A DNA stretch of 63,684 nt, counting the filler, from Salisapilia sapeloensis CBS 127946 (Eukaryota; Protista; Oomycota): assembly GCA_023334545.1 (NCBI GenBank). It is 13 parts of 13 records of this genome, joined end to end, with 100 filler letters (N's around TTAATTAATTAA, not from the genome) between each part and the next. Parts side by side here need not be neighbours in the genome. Positions count along the whole stretch, not along the records: positions 44,331 to 47,222 come from JAADVB010000825.1; positions 47,323 to 57,908 come from JAADVB010000443.1; 11 more parts are not named here. One strand, given 5' to 3'. Below, piece after piece: positions 44,331 to 55,772 of the stretch; the first letter of the stretch is position 1; the number at the start of each line of letters is the position of its first letter. The position numbers and the translations under genes were made by a program. A model generated the notes under the pieces. The model searched no databases and was not told the DNA's origin. It saw only the letters and a program-made list of their open reading frames with translations.

Positions 44331-47222
44331 CCACTTATGTTTTACTTTTACGGTCTTGTGATAGAAAAATTCGAGGTGAGGAGGAGAAATGGAGGAGGTA
44401 GTGGATGTAAAAGGTCAACGGAATTGCGTATAAGCAGACAGACAGAATTACGTCACAAAAAATTGTGCGTACTTCTATGCTCCAGGGTTGGTCTTGACTG
44501 TTGGTCCACAGTTTTGTACATTCTATACAGCATACAACAGCTGAAGTGGAATTTCGGTAGTCTAGCTATCGTTTAGAAATCAGCTTGGACGGAAGTCGGG
44601 GGATCAGTTGCACGTCCGGGTAGATAAACAGACAACATTGAATATATCTGTAGCAATGTAGGGACTATTTGTAGATAAAACAAAATTCATCACCAGACAG
44701 TTACGGTATTCCAAAGATAGGATGTCTAGAACCGTTTTTATAGCAGACCAAACGGCAAACAAAGAAAAGCGACCCAGAAAGCTCTATATCAAGCGACGAG
44801 AAGCATTGACTTTTAAAGTAGTCTATGCTTTCTAAACTAAATACCGAATATGCTCGCTTAGAGATCGCTTCTAAGGCCTCTCGATTAATGGATCTGTATC
44901 TCAAGATCCAAATCTACAACAAAGGAGCGTACACGATTGAGAGACTCCAATCACTTAAAGATTATTGTGAGCAAGTATCTTTACTTCGCGTTCTCCTCGT
45001 TTGCATTCTCACACCACTTCCAGCTTTAATCGTCCCCATCGTCATCGATATGGTCCCCTTAGCCTCCCCACTGGAAGCATGGGATTTGAATACTGGGCTG
45101 TGGTTTCGCTTCTTTCTTGTTGCACTCTGCGGTTCGACTGGATTTACCCTTCAGATTGCATCTCATCTCCCAATTTTGCAGATTACCCGCTGGCGCGTCC
45201 TGGTGCTGGTTTTCGGAAGCAGCTTTACTTCAACTGGCATCTATGTTATAGCCGGTGCCTGCTGGACATTCCCAGTTCCTTTTGGGCTCGTGTTCATTTC
45301 AATACCGTTTGTGTGTATTTATTCTCTCCTTCTATACGCACTCTCCAATCGTCACACTCACCGAAACTCTCCGGAACAAACGAAGAACTTAATCAAAGAA
45401 ACAGGCATCTTTGCAACTCATGTATGCATCGTCATAGCGTACGTGGTGTTCAACGCAGTGTTTCAATTAATGACGGCTTCATAACAAGCTTTCGCAGTAT
45501 GTCTTTTACCCGTGCTCAAGATTTCTATGAAGAATATATATGCCTGGATACTTTCAAGAAGACAAATAGCCATTCCAGAAGCTACTATCTTCAGTGTGGA
45601 GGTAACATCTTTAAATCGATTTATAAATTTTCACCTTTGTAGAATAATCTTACTGGTTCAGGTGTTTAACGCGCTCTTCGTCTCCATTTGCATGCAGACA
45701 GCAGGAAGCATTGCAACAGCTATAGTCATTATTGTCATCGACGTTGCCCAAGTCATTCTTTCTTTATTTGAAATAAAGCATGATAGCAAAACATTACTTG
45801 CTGAAATCAAGAGGTGTAAAGCAGTACGTATGCATCAAACGAACTTGCTGGTACATGTGCTGGAACTGAGTAATAAATCTAATGGCAACAAGAGAATACT
45901 ACCGGTTGAGAGAAAATCTACATCAGAGACACGAACTGCGAGACCTACTGTTTTTGGTTCTCTAAAGACTGAGTCTTTATCTTTAAAATCACCTGTGAAG
46001 AAAATGAAGATAAAAACGAAGCAAGTTGTCGCTTATCAAGAATCACTGGCAAACCCTGTAAAGAAGAAAGGGGCTGATCAATCATTGCCGAATATAATTT
46101 CCTCTATAATATCTGAAAGTAATGCGAACTGTGCAAGAGGCGGTGCTATCGTAGATGAGGCTCTGAAGCTTCTATTTCATATCGAATATTGCCTCCTATC
46201 AGAGTACTGCGAGGTTGTGCTTCCGTTTCTGTATATCACATATTTGATCGTGCTTCATCAGCTCCCGAATGCTATATATTACGAACACTCTCGTAATCTT
46301 ACAAGGGAGAATCTGCTAGTTTTGGTGCTTAACCTCTCCGTCTTTATCACATTGGAGCTATTATCGCTGGTATTTTTGCATTATCTTTTAAAGAACCGAT
46401 TCAACTTTTCACCGGTACATCAACTCGCATACATACTGGATGAAGAGTGGAAGCAAATACAAGGACGCATCACCACGTTTGTGATGCACGCTTTGGGTTT
46501 CACGCTGATGCATTATGGTACGTATATTACAATTGCTTCCTGTGTCTCTTTTACTTTATCTCCAATCTATCAATCATCTCACATACGCATATGCCGCCGT
46601 GTTTTTAATCAGGAGTTGACTTTACGTTCAAGTTTAATTACGCCGAACAACTTGCCAGTGCTACTGTAGACTCACCGTGATCCACATCTCATACAAGTTA
46701 GTTGTAGAGCATTTGGCGCATATCCATGTGAAGTCCATATGACTGCATTGACAATCAAATTCAAACTTCATATAGTAAAAGTTTTAACGCGTTTCTGTTT
46801 TGTTCAACCACTTATAGATGTTGTGATTTAGCTACGGCCTCAAACCCTACGGTTGGCTATCGCATGTGGGGGCTCAAGTAGATATAACTATCAAGGGCGA
46901 GCAGCATAATCAATATCTTCTACACAAAGGAAAGCTTCGTCTTCATGCTAACAGTCTTCTTCTTCTAGAAACTTGCGGCATCTTGATTTGCTCCCCAACC
47001 ATCTAGATTATTATAACTCACGTACATACTATTGAAATCTAATTATAACGCAAAATGTCCACGACATATCACTGCATTTCCTACGCACAATTTTTTGTGA
47101 CGTAATTCTGTCTGTCTGCTTATACGCAATTCCGTTGACCTTTTACATCCACTACCTCCTCCATTTCTCCTCCTCACCTCGAATTTTTCTATCACAAGAC
47201 CGTAAAAGTAAAACATAAGTGG
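44331..47222. repeat. Contig with terminal inverted repeats (44331-44471 / 47082-47222)
   Basis: 141 nt are exact. The shared sequence ends in TA at both inner junctions and then diverges completely. Confidence 0.93.
44825..46680 (+). pseudogene. Oomycete multi-pass membrane protein family member with one premature stop
   Basis: GAYTIERLQSLKDYC..SLLRVLLVCILTPLP, EYCLLSEYCEVVLP, HQLAYILD. An in-frame TAA at 45482-45484 is followed by the same frame. Intron 46518-46612 restores the HYGVDFTFKF end. Confidence 0.7.
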
Positions 47223-47661
47223 NNNNNNNNNNNNNNNNNNNNNNNNNNNNNNNNNNNNNNNNNNNNTTAATTAATTAANNNNNNNNNNNNNNNNNNNNNN
47301 NNNNNNNNNNNNNNNNNNNNNNCCGGCGTGTAGACAAGCCGCCGATCGGCCGTGCGCCTGTAGTCGCGTAACATGAATAAAACAGCTTAAGACGAACCGA
47401 TCTCTCGTGTTAACTAGATACAACGCTCCTTCCGCCAGACCATGTGCATCGGTATGGAAGTTGGCTCGTAGTGGTGTCTGTATGTTTCTGAGCGTGTGTG
47501 GGAAGGGAGCACGTGGAGTTGTCTTTTCGCTTTGACTAGGCCTTTGACTTGAGTAAAGTATGAAAGCGCTTTTCTCAGGGCAGTCACTCTGTTGTTTTGT
47601 CGATAGCTCCAGACCAAAGTAGTTTTTCCTGTTTTCATCCAAAGCAGCAGTCCGTGACATC

Positions 47662-47680
47662 TCTCATTTCGACACTTTAC
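47662..47680 (+). promoter_or_regulatory. Inr + FPR-like core promoter element
   Basis: TCTCATTTCGACACTTTAC lies 20 nt before ATG 47701. Confidence 0.5.
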
Positions 47681-47700
47681 AAGCAGCAAAGGTATCTATC

Positions 47701-48471
47701 ATGGATAACTGGAAAGCGATGGCCAACCGAGCTGGGAACACGCTCTACTTTGCAGCAGAGAGCGCCGCGACCATGGGGAAAGAAAAAGGAATGCAGGCGT
47801 ATGAAGCTGCTTCCAAAGTGAACTACGGACAGTATGCGCAGACGGCCAAGGAGCGTGTAGTTGGCACACAGGCCTATCAGTCAGCAGGAAGTGCTGCTAC
47901 GGTCAGTCGCGATAAAGCCACGGCAGCGGCCGGCGTCGCTGCTTCTGCCGCATCGACGAGCCGACTTAAAGCCGCTTCTGCGTTTGTGATGGCAAAGAAC
48001 CGCTTCGTCACTGCTGGAGCTGCAGCGGAGAAGGAGCCAGAGGCGCCTGCCGGTGGTGATGGTTTCTTCCGGTATGAGATGACGGAAGACGAGAAACGAA
48101 AGAAGCGTGCGGAGGCCAAGCGCCGTGCAGAGCGCAACGCTCGAGGCGTCCACAGCTCTTCTCGTTCGAAGGAGTCTAGCAGCTCTCGAAAGGATGAAAG
48201 TGCATCATCCGAGTCCAAAGCCAAGGAAGGTAGCTCTCGATCGAAAGACGCAAGTAGTCATGGCAAAAGCACGTCTCGGTCCGTTCGGCCAGAGAGTGGA
48301 AAGTCAAAGGAAGATAAGGCAAAGAAAGAGACAAAGACAAAGGAATCCAAGACGAAAGAAAAGAGCAAGTCAAAGGACGAATCGGTGTCCAAGGAGGACA
48401 GCAAGTCCAAGGACGAGAAGAAGAAGAAGGGCCTCTTCCATCGGAGTAAGACGACGGAAGCGAGCTTCTAG
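47701..48471 (+). CDS. Hypothetical protein, Ala-rich N-half and Lys/Ser/Glu-rich disordered C-half, 256 aa
   Basis: ATG-initiated ORF with coding-like codon use and an Inr upstream. No domain was recognised. Confidence 0.7.
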   Translation: MDNWKAMANRAGNTLYFAAESAATMGKEKGMQAYEAASKVNYGQYAQTAKERVVGTQAYQSAGSAATVSRDKATAAAGVAASAASTSRLKAASAFVMAKNRFVTAGAAAEKEPEAPAGGDGFFRYEMTEDEKRKKRAEAKRRAERNARGVHSSSRSKESSSSRKDESASSESKAKEGSSRSKDASSHGKSTSRSVRPESGKSKEDKAKKETKTKESKTKEKSKSKDESVSKEDSKSKDEKKKKGLFHRSKTTEASF

Positions 48472-48554
48472 TTCTGCTCCAACATAATTTCAAATCAAAT
48501 GAACAGAGTTGAGTGTCTACACACTTGTCTATTTACTATTGCTTCACATCCGAC

Positions 48555-51262
48555 TCACAAGGCTGCTTTCGGGGCGCTCGACAGCCCTCGACGCTTGTAG
48601 AAGAGGATGTACGCTGCGTTCGTCTTGACTTGAGAGGCGCTCGCAGGCGTGACACTTGCGTCGTCAAAGTTGTACCAGCCAGGATACGCCCCATTGTCGC
48701 TCCAGCTGCGCGCAAAGGCAGTGTAGTGTCCAAAGCCCATGCTGCCAAAGTGGTTCGTGACGCCGAACAGGTCGTACTCCATGCTCTTACCGCCCCTCCG
48801 AGGCTCGAGGCAGTAACTGGCCATGTCCAATCCTTCCAGTGGGAAGTCCACATACGCATCTAGTTTATCCCGCAGCACTTCGTTACGGTATTCAAACCTC
48901 TTGAGTGACAAGATAAGTACGTCCGGGAGACTCCACACTTCGAGCGTCTTGCGTGCCGGTACGTGGTCTTTACAGTTGGAACAGTACCACAGGTTGGCTT
49001 CATCTAGCGTCTCCGACTGGGTGAACTTCTTGAAGCAGTCATCCAGTGTCAGCTTCCCACCGGTGGATCCGCGCAGCTCCTGCACGCTACTGTCGTCCTT
49101 GATCTTCTCCATGTGAGGTCTCGGCTGAGCATCCGACATGCAGATGTCCTGAGGCCATGAGAACGCCAAGTACGTCAGGTCTTCATTACTGCGAAGGAAG
49201 TTGGTGCTGTAGAGTCCTGTCGTCTGGTTCGAATGGTCTGCCTGGGTAAATTCGGAGACAGAGACAGAGTCATCCAACGGAACTGCTTCGTCCTTGACGA
49301 TGCTGCCGTCTCGGTCGCACACACGGAGGTTGGTTGCCACTTGCTCCAGCGAAATGTCCAACGGCGCCTTGGACGCTACTCTAGACTGCAGTTGCGCCTG
49401 CAGCTGTTTCACCAAGTACTTGCAAGAGGACTTTTTCGACAGGGGGATCATGATAGGATCTCCGACAGTCGACGTGTCGATGCGGTGGTAGACAAAGGCG
49501 TAGCTGAGCTCTTCCTCGTCTTCATACGACGCAGGTTCCTCAATTTCATACAGCACCAGTCGGTCTTCGTCTCTCACTCGGACTAGACGCTCCATGTCTC
49601 CCACCAGTCGATACACCATGCTCTGGTAGACGTCTACCACGAGCAAGTCGGCTGCGGTTTCGACGCCGCACTTGTTCGCCACTGCTCTCTTGAGTGTCAA
49701 CATGCTACCCTTCTTCGGTACTTCCACAATGTACCTCGTCGTGTCCTTGTCTTTCGACGCAGGTACGAAGAGTACTTCCATCTTGCGACTCGACTGCGAC
49801 GGCAGCTCCAACTGGATGCAGTTGTACGGGTCGAACGTGATGCTCACTTTGCCACAGTCCGGACACACGACGGTGCTTTTGAACTGACCCTGGACGTAGT
49901 CTACCAAGATGCTGCGATTTCTCAAGAGATGCCTCTTCCATGCTTCATCTGCAACAATCACGTCCTTGGTCTTGCCGTCTGACTCCATTGTTTCCGTATA
50001 TGGTTTGTGCTCCACGCGATTCAAGTCTTCGTGTAGACCGTCCACAAGGTACGCCAGTAGTTCCTGCGCATCGTGCTGCTGGAAACCAGAAAAGCGAGGC
50101 GCGAACCTCGACACCGCTCGTTTCAAGGCAGACGGCGTCGTGTACGAGTCGCGGCCAAAGTACAGCTCTTTCATCAGCCCTTCGTACGCGTCGACGAGGT
50201 GGCCGCCCGTACCGAGGACATTGTCTCTGTTCACGTCGTCCTTGAATGCATTGGACAAAAAGTACGTTGTCAGCGGCTCCACGTGGCTGAGGCACTGGAG
50301 CGCCGAGTTCATAAAGCACGTGTTCCCGACGTTACGCAGACCCATCTTGCCACGTCGCTCACTCTCGAGCTCTGCCAAGACAGCCTGCTCCTTCTCCGCA
50401 TCTGGAAGAGAAGACTTGCAGCTGGCCTTGTGCCATTTCCAGTGGGACGTCTGACACGCTGTGCCGCAGTACCAGAGCAATTGGCAGTTTCCACAGCGCT
50501 TGAGAGAGGCAGGAGCACGACGACAGGCGGCACAGAACTTGGGAATGATCTGACTACCGCTCGACTGTTTCTTCACTACTTTCTTCGGAAGTGGTGTGGT
50601 AACCTCGCTCTGACTTACTCCCTTCGGAGTTTCTTCCTCGACTGCTCCGTTCTCAGTCGTGAGCTCTGGGTAGACATCCACACGATTAAACGCGGTGCCT
50701 AGATCACTGTCTCCTACCTGTATGACGAACCTAGCAATGGTTGGACCACCTCCGTACCAGCATGTCAATGCATTCCATACCTCCTCTGGTAACAACATGT
50801 AGTGATACTGCTCTTTTAACTGTGGTCGTAATGGACCACCCATGAGGTCATCCAGTGGTGTATCGGAAGAAACGTGGAGTAGCGGAAGGTTGTTTAGTTT
50901 ACTCGGCGGAGAGCTGTCCGAGATCTCATCCCTATCGTACCCAACGAACTGACACCATCGCTCCCACCACTTGGCAGCAACGACGTATCGTTTTTCACCT
51001 ACCTGCAGACCCTGCTTATCCGCCTGATCCATCAATTGCTTCACCACTTCTCTCTGTTTCTCCGGAGGTGGCGGAGAAGAGACCGTCGGATCGACACTCG
51101 TTGGAGCCCCATCCTCCTTTCCATCATTCCCATTCGCATGAGGCGTAGGCTTATTCTTGCCCTTCTTGGTCTTTTTCGTTGGTTTCCGACGAGGCTACAG
51201 ATAGATATAGAGCATTAGTGACATATCCACAGCACAATTGTCGGTCATACTACCTTGGCCAT
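48555..51262 (-). CDS. Ubiquitin-specific protease: DUSP + MYND zinc finger + USP catalytic domain, about 882 aa
   Basis: YVVAAKWWERW..WYGGGP (DUSP), CAAC..CGNC..YCGTACQTSHWKWHKASC (MYND), GLRNVGNTCFMNSALQCL, QHDAQE, HFGSMGFGHYTA, WYNFDD. A 9-nt first exon (51262-51254) joins through intron 51253-51195. Confidence 0.92.
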
Positions 51263-51433
51263 CCTGATCTGCTGCCAATTTGATCCGATCGCTACGGTGC
51301 GTTGGTCGGTGGGGTTTTGAATTCAATCAAGTACGTTTTGTGACATTTGAGTTATTCACTTCGGTACTATTCACTTCAACCTCCGAGTCTGAAAAATCAT
51401 GTTTTTTCGATAGCGAACGGAAGAGATTCGTAC

Positions 51434-51449
51434 GTCATTTCGACTTTGC
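51434..51449 (+). promoter_or_regulatory. Inr + FPR-like core promoter element
   Basis: GTCATTTCGACTTTGC lies 24 nt before ATG 51474, within the divergent USP/scramblase intergenic gap. Confidence 0.55.
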
Positions 51450-51473
51450 GCACGCACCGCACACGTCTCAAGC

Positions 51474-52340
51474 ATGGTGCTCTGGGGCGGACAGGACTAT
51501 GAGTCTGTGCCGCAAAAGCTGAGCGAAGTGAGAGGACTCGTCATCCGACAACGACCGCAGCCGCTGGAAGTCGTCGCTCAAGCTTTCCAAGTGCCGTATG
51601 AGGCAGCGAACAAGTACAAGATATCAGTCTTGCCGACGAACAAGGTCGTGAAAAATAAACCGAGCGACCCGGATGGATGGGAGCCGACGTCAGATGAGCT
51701 AGATGCGCTCGATACGTTCCTCTTTGCCCACGAACGCAGCAGTTTTATCATCCGGACGGCCCTGACCTTCCTGGGATGCTGCCATAACATCCGACCGTTC
51801 AAGCTCAACTTTTCTGTTGCAAGAGGCGGAAACGTGTACGTTGCACAGCGGCCGTTCCGACTGGGTGGATGGTGCTGCCAGCCGATGGAGATGAGTGTGG
51901 ATGCCATGGAGGAAGGTCGAGTCCGACATCTCGGTCGAGTGCGTGAAGACTACGCGCCATACATGGTCAAGTGCTGTCTCAGCTGTGTATGCTGCACCAA
52001 CTACGCATACGTCGAGCAGGCGACAGAGATTGAAGGCGAGTACGAGACCAAGTACAAGTTCCGCGTCAATCGCGGTTGCTGCGGCCGAACGAACAATTGC
52101 TGCGGAGGAACTTGCTGCCAAAACGATGCCGTCTATGACATTTTAGACAGCAACGGCAAGGTCGTAGCGCACTTGCAACAGACATTTGCTGGCGGGAAGA
52201 ACGCATGGTTGGGTGCCGTCTTCCGAACGGTGCTCGAGTTCAACTCGTACTTGCTCGAGTTCCCGCCCGAGTCAACGGCGGAGGAACGGATCCTCCTGCT
52301 CACTACGCTCTTCCAAATTGAATTTACCTTCTTGGATTAG
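51474..52340 (+). CDS. Phospholipid scramblase-like (Tubby-C/LURP fold) protein, 288 aa
   Basis: AHERSSF..GCCHNIRPF, RPFRLGGWCCQPMEM, LGRVRE, Cys clusters, and LEFPPESTAEERILLL. Confidence 0.7.
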   Translation: MVLWGGQDYESVPQKLSEVRGLVIRQRPQPLEVVAQAFQVPYEAANKYKISVLPTNKVVKNKPSDPDGWEPTSDELDALDTFLFAHERSSFIIRTALTFLGCCHNIRPFKLNFSVARGGNVYVAQRPFRLGGWCCQPMEMSVDAMEEGRVRHLGRVREDYAPYMVKCCLSCVCCTNYAYVEQATEIEGEYETKYKFRVNRGCCGRTNNCCGGTCCQNDAVYDILDSNGKVVAHLQQTFAGGKNAWLGAVFRTVLEFNSYLLEFPPESTAEERILLLTTLFQIEFTFLD

Positions 52341-53921
52341 AGAAAGTGGATGCGAGACGCTTGTACGACGGTGAAGAGAGTGCAGTGGGCGTATGGCGCA
52401 GGTCCATTTAAATTTCTTTGTGCATAAACAATAAACCCTTACTTTTGTTCTACATCTTAAATGTGGCTGCAGCGGTTCTTTTCGAAGCGTAGTGGACTAC
52501 TATTGGATATCTTGTAGTGAAGAAATGTAGATTATGCCTGGGCTACCATAATATAAGCTCAGTCAAAGTGCTAATATGCTATGGAGAAAGAGCTGACACG
52601 ACCAGATTTAATTCTCTTCATGTCATGATATGCATCCGTGTGAACATCATTGTTTCAGAAGGCATGGAAACGATTCTGGAGTAGCAATAATCTTTATCAG
52701 GATAGAAGGGATCGATTATTAGGTGTTCACGTGAACTATTATTATGCAGAGTGATACGCAGGCCTTCAAGGATATGGAAGAGACCTTGCGGTTTCCTGAC
52801 TCTGGTCCATTAATTACGCATTCTGGTCTTCTTCGATTCTACATGCACGAAAGATGAATATGGGGATACAGCTTGGAAACTTTAATTAGAACGGATTTGC
52901 ACAGAAACATGGAGACGAATGTCTGAGTTTCGATCCTAGATTTGTTCAACTTACTCTAGACGTTTATTCACAAGATAGTCTCTATTAGTTACAACGAATT
53001 GCGCTAGCTAAACATATATATACAAGTCCCTGACCAGGAAAGAAATAGGTTACCAAACGAACATACTCGGGACGTATTGTAATGAACAAGGCCGAAGAGA
53101 GCTACCACGCTACGTACACTCCTCCTCAAGATCGCATTCAGCATCAGAAAGGAGTCGTGAGAATGTTTGCATATAGCCGACAACAATCTATAAAAACTAA
53201 TCCCCTCAAGCCATCGAATGTAGTTTAAATTCAACTTGATTAGATGATGTCGATTGCATCCACACTAGGTTATTCATATTCGCTTTGATTTTCCCTGGAT
53301 AAACGAATTTGATGGCTCTATCCATTTCAGTTGACGTAATCTGGCAATGGAGCAACATCTTAACCAAGCACCATGGCTTATCGCTTGTATTCGTCGACCG
53401 AGACCAAAAACCATAATAGACGAGTATACTTTATCTGAGTAAAAATTTCATTAGCAGCTTCCTTTGAGACATCAGGGTTGCACGTCAGAGTGATTGGCGA
53501 GATGTCAACGTGCAAAACAGTTGGTGCAGGTAGAAGACGCAGACTCCAGCATGCATCGACTCGGACTGCCATTACCAGGCACACAACTCAGCGTTTCTCG
53601 GGCTTAGACTATTTCGAGGAAGCAGTACGTGCATGCGTACCGAAGCAAGCAGAATTAGTTTTAAACAAAGCGCACACATTTCCTTGAAGGCATTAGCTGT
53701 TTCAGCGTCGTGCACGAAACTTCGCAGACCATTTTTAGATCCAAATCCATCCAAATCGATCTCGATCGCATAAGATCGAATGCTTTTTTCAACGCTTCTT
53801 ACTTGATCGATTGTTTATCTATGCAAAGTCCGTTTGCATCATCCTAAGATGAAACGACCGAGTTGGTCTACCTCACAAATAAATTTACGCTCGCACAAGC
53901 AAAGCAACCAACCAATCTACT

Positions 53922-54977
53922 ATGTCTGAAACGCGCACCGTCAAAGCCTACGCCGCCTTCGAGGCCAAGGGCGACTGCAAGGAATGGGAGTACACTGCTC
54001 CTCCTGTCGGTCCGCTCGACATCGAAATCAAGATCTCCCACTGCGGTATCTGTGGTACGGATATCCACACCATCGACAGCGGCTGGGGCCCTACGGAATA
54101 CCCGTGTGTGCCCGGACACGAGATCGTCGGCACGGTCGAGAAGGCCGGCGACAAGGTCACCCGCATGAAGGTTGGTGACCGTGTCGGAGTCGGCTACCAG
54201 CAGTGGGCTTGCCTGAACCGTGACAACGATTGCAACAAGTGCAAGCGCGGTGACGACAACTACTGTCCGCGCTGGGTTGCCACGAACGCCAAGTATGAGA
54301 GTGGCAACACCGCCCACGGCGGTTTCGCCGATTACATCCGCTTGGAGAACAACTACGCGTTCAAGATCCCGGACAACATCAACTCGGACGTGGCCACTTC
54401 TCTCATGTGTGCCGGTGCCACGGTCTTCACGCCATTGCACCGCATGGGAGTGAAGGAGGGTGACCGTGTGGGTGTCGTTGGTATCGGCGGTCTTGGTCAC
54501 TTGGCTCTCCAGTTCATCAACGCCTTGGGCGCGACGCCGATTGCCTTCTCTCGTTCTGCCGACAAGGAGAAGGAAGCGCGCGAACTTGGTGCCAAGGAGT
54601 TCGTCAACGTCAGTGACGAGAACCAGGTCAAGAACGCCAGTGAGAGCTGCGACTACTTGCTCTTGACGGCCAATGCCACGGACATGCCGTACGACATGTA
54701 CCTGTCTTTCTTGGACGCGCGCGGTACCTTGGCGATGGTCGGTATTCCGGAAGACCAGGTCAAATTCATCCCGTTCATGATCGTTGGCTTCGGCAAGAAG
54801 GTAATGGGCAGCAAGGTTGGTAGTATCGAAGACATCACTGCCATGCTGGAGCTTGCTGCTAAGAAGAACGTTCGCCCGATCATCGAGAAGATGCCCATGG
54901 AGAAGGTGAACGAAGGATTGCAGAAGGTTCGTGACGGCAAGGCTCGCTTCCGTTGCGTGCTTGAGAACAAACAGTAA
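53922..54977 (+). CDS. Zn-dependent alcohol dehydrogenase, CAD/YahK/ADH6-like, 351 aa
   Basis: CGICGTD, GHEIVG, structural-Zn cysteines (CLN..CNKC..NYC), and GIGGLGHLA. Confidence 0.95.
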   Translation: MSETRTVKAYAAFEAKGDCKEWEYTAPPVGPLDIEIKISHCGICGTDIHTIDSGWGPTEYPCVPGHEIVGTVEKAGDKVTRMKVGDRVGVGYQQWACLNRDNDCNKCKRGDDNYCPRWVATNAKYESGNTAHGGFADYIRLENNYAFKIPDNINSDVATSLMCAGATVFTPLHRMGVKEGDRVGVVGIGGLGHLALQFINALGATPIAFSRSADKEKEARELGAKEFVNVSDENQVKNASESCDYLLLTANATDMPYDMYLSFLDARGTLAMVGIPEDQVKFIPFMIVGFGKKVMGSKVGSIEDITAMLELAAKKNVRPIIEKMPMEKVNEGLQKVRDGKARFRCVLENKQ

Positions 54978-55772
54978 GCCTTCGGGTATTTAAATATACG
55001 AAACCAATTCGAGCACAAGAACGGTTTTGTTTGGTTAGGAGCTACAAGTATGCAGTGCAGTGCAAACATACATCCCGTATAGGTCTTCATCGTATTCATG
55101 TCCGAGGTGTGAGCAGCTGAGCTGATAATGATTGTGCGTTTCTTTTGCGAAATTGGCAACTCATCTAGGTCGAGGTAGCACACATAGTAAGTGCCCCAAT
55201 TTGGAGACAGTATTGACAAGTACATACAAGCAGCACATAGCATTCATAGTACTGTATCGTCCGGAAGGTACGCAGAGCTGTACCTGTGCTTCATTAGGTT
55301 GTCTGCTTCTGCAGAGCTGTTGGTAGCTCGTTGCATGTATTGTAGTTCATTTGAAGTTAGGGTGTCTTCTGGGAAATGTATGTCAAAACACGTACCTTTA
55401 ATAATCTGCGTGTCATTAGAAAATTCTAGTGATTACTGAATCCTTGTGACCCTCAAAGTCAACGTGGATAAGTGAACCATAACGACATTTCTTTTTGTAA
55501 AGTGATATCAAGTTCCTAGATCAATAATTTTGGCTTTATCTTTCGAATTGCATTGGCTTGACTATTCGACACGGTTTGTCATTCTTTAGCAAAACTGGTA
55601 GATTGAAAACGTGCATAAGGAATACATCAATCGAATACTTGTCATGCTCTATCTCGTGTTCTTAAAGTCCTCTAGTGTGCGCGTGAAAGTAGATGGCATC
55701 GAGTCGATGTCATTTTCTTTTCTTTCTTTTCTTTTCTTTTGGCAAAGGAATGTCTGACATCAAAAGCTAAAA

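Noticed and set aside
45482-45484. Stop-codon reassignment (TAA as sense)
   Set aside because: TAA terminates intact genes here (cyclophilin, ACT-zeta, ADH).
52400-53800. Small ORFs between scramblase and ADH (likewise 58500-60700)
   Set aside because: AT-rich, with no motifs or repeat structure detected by eye.
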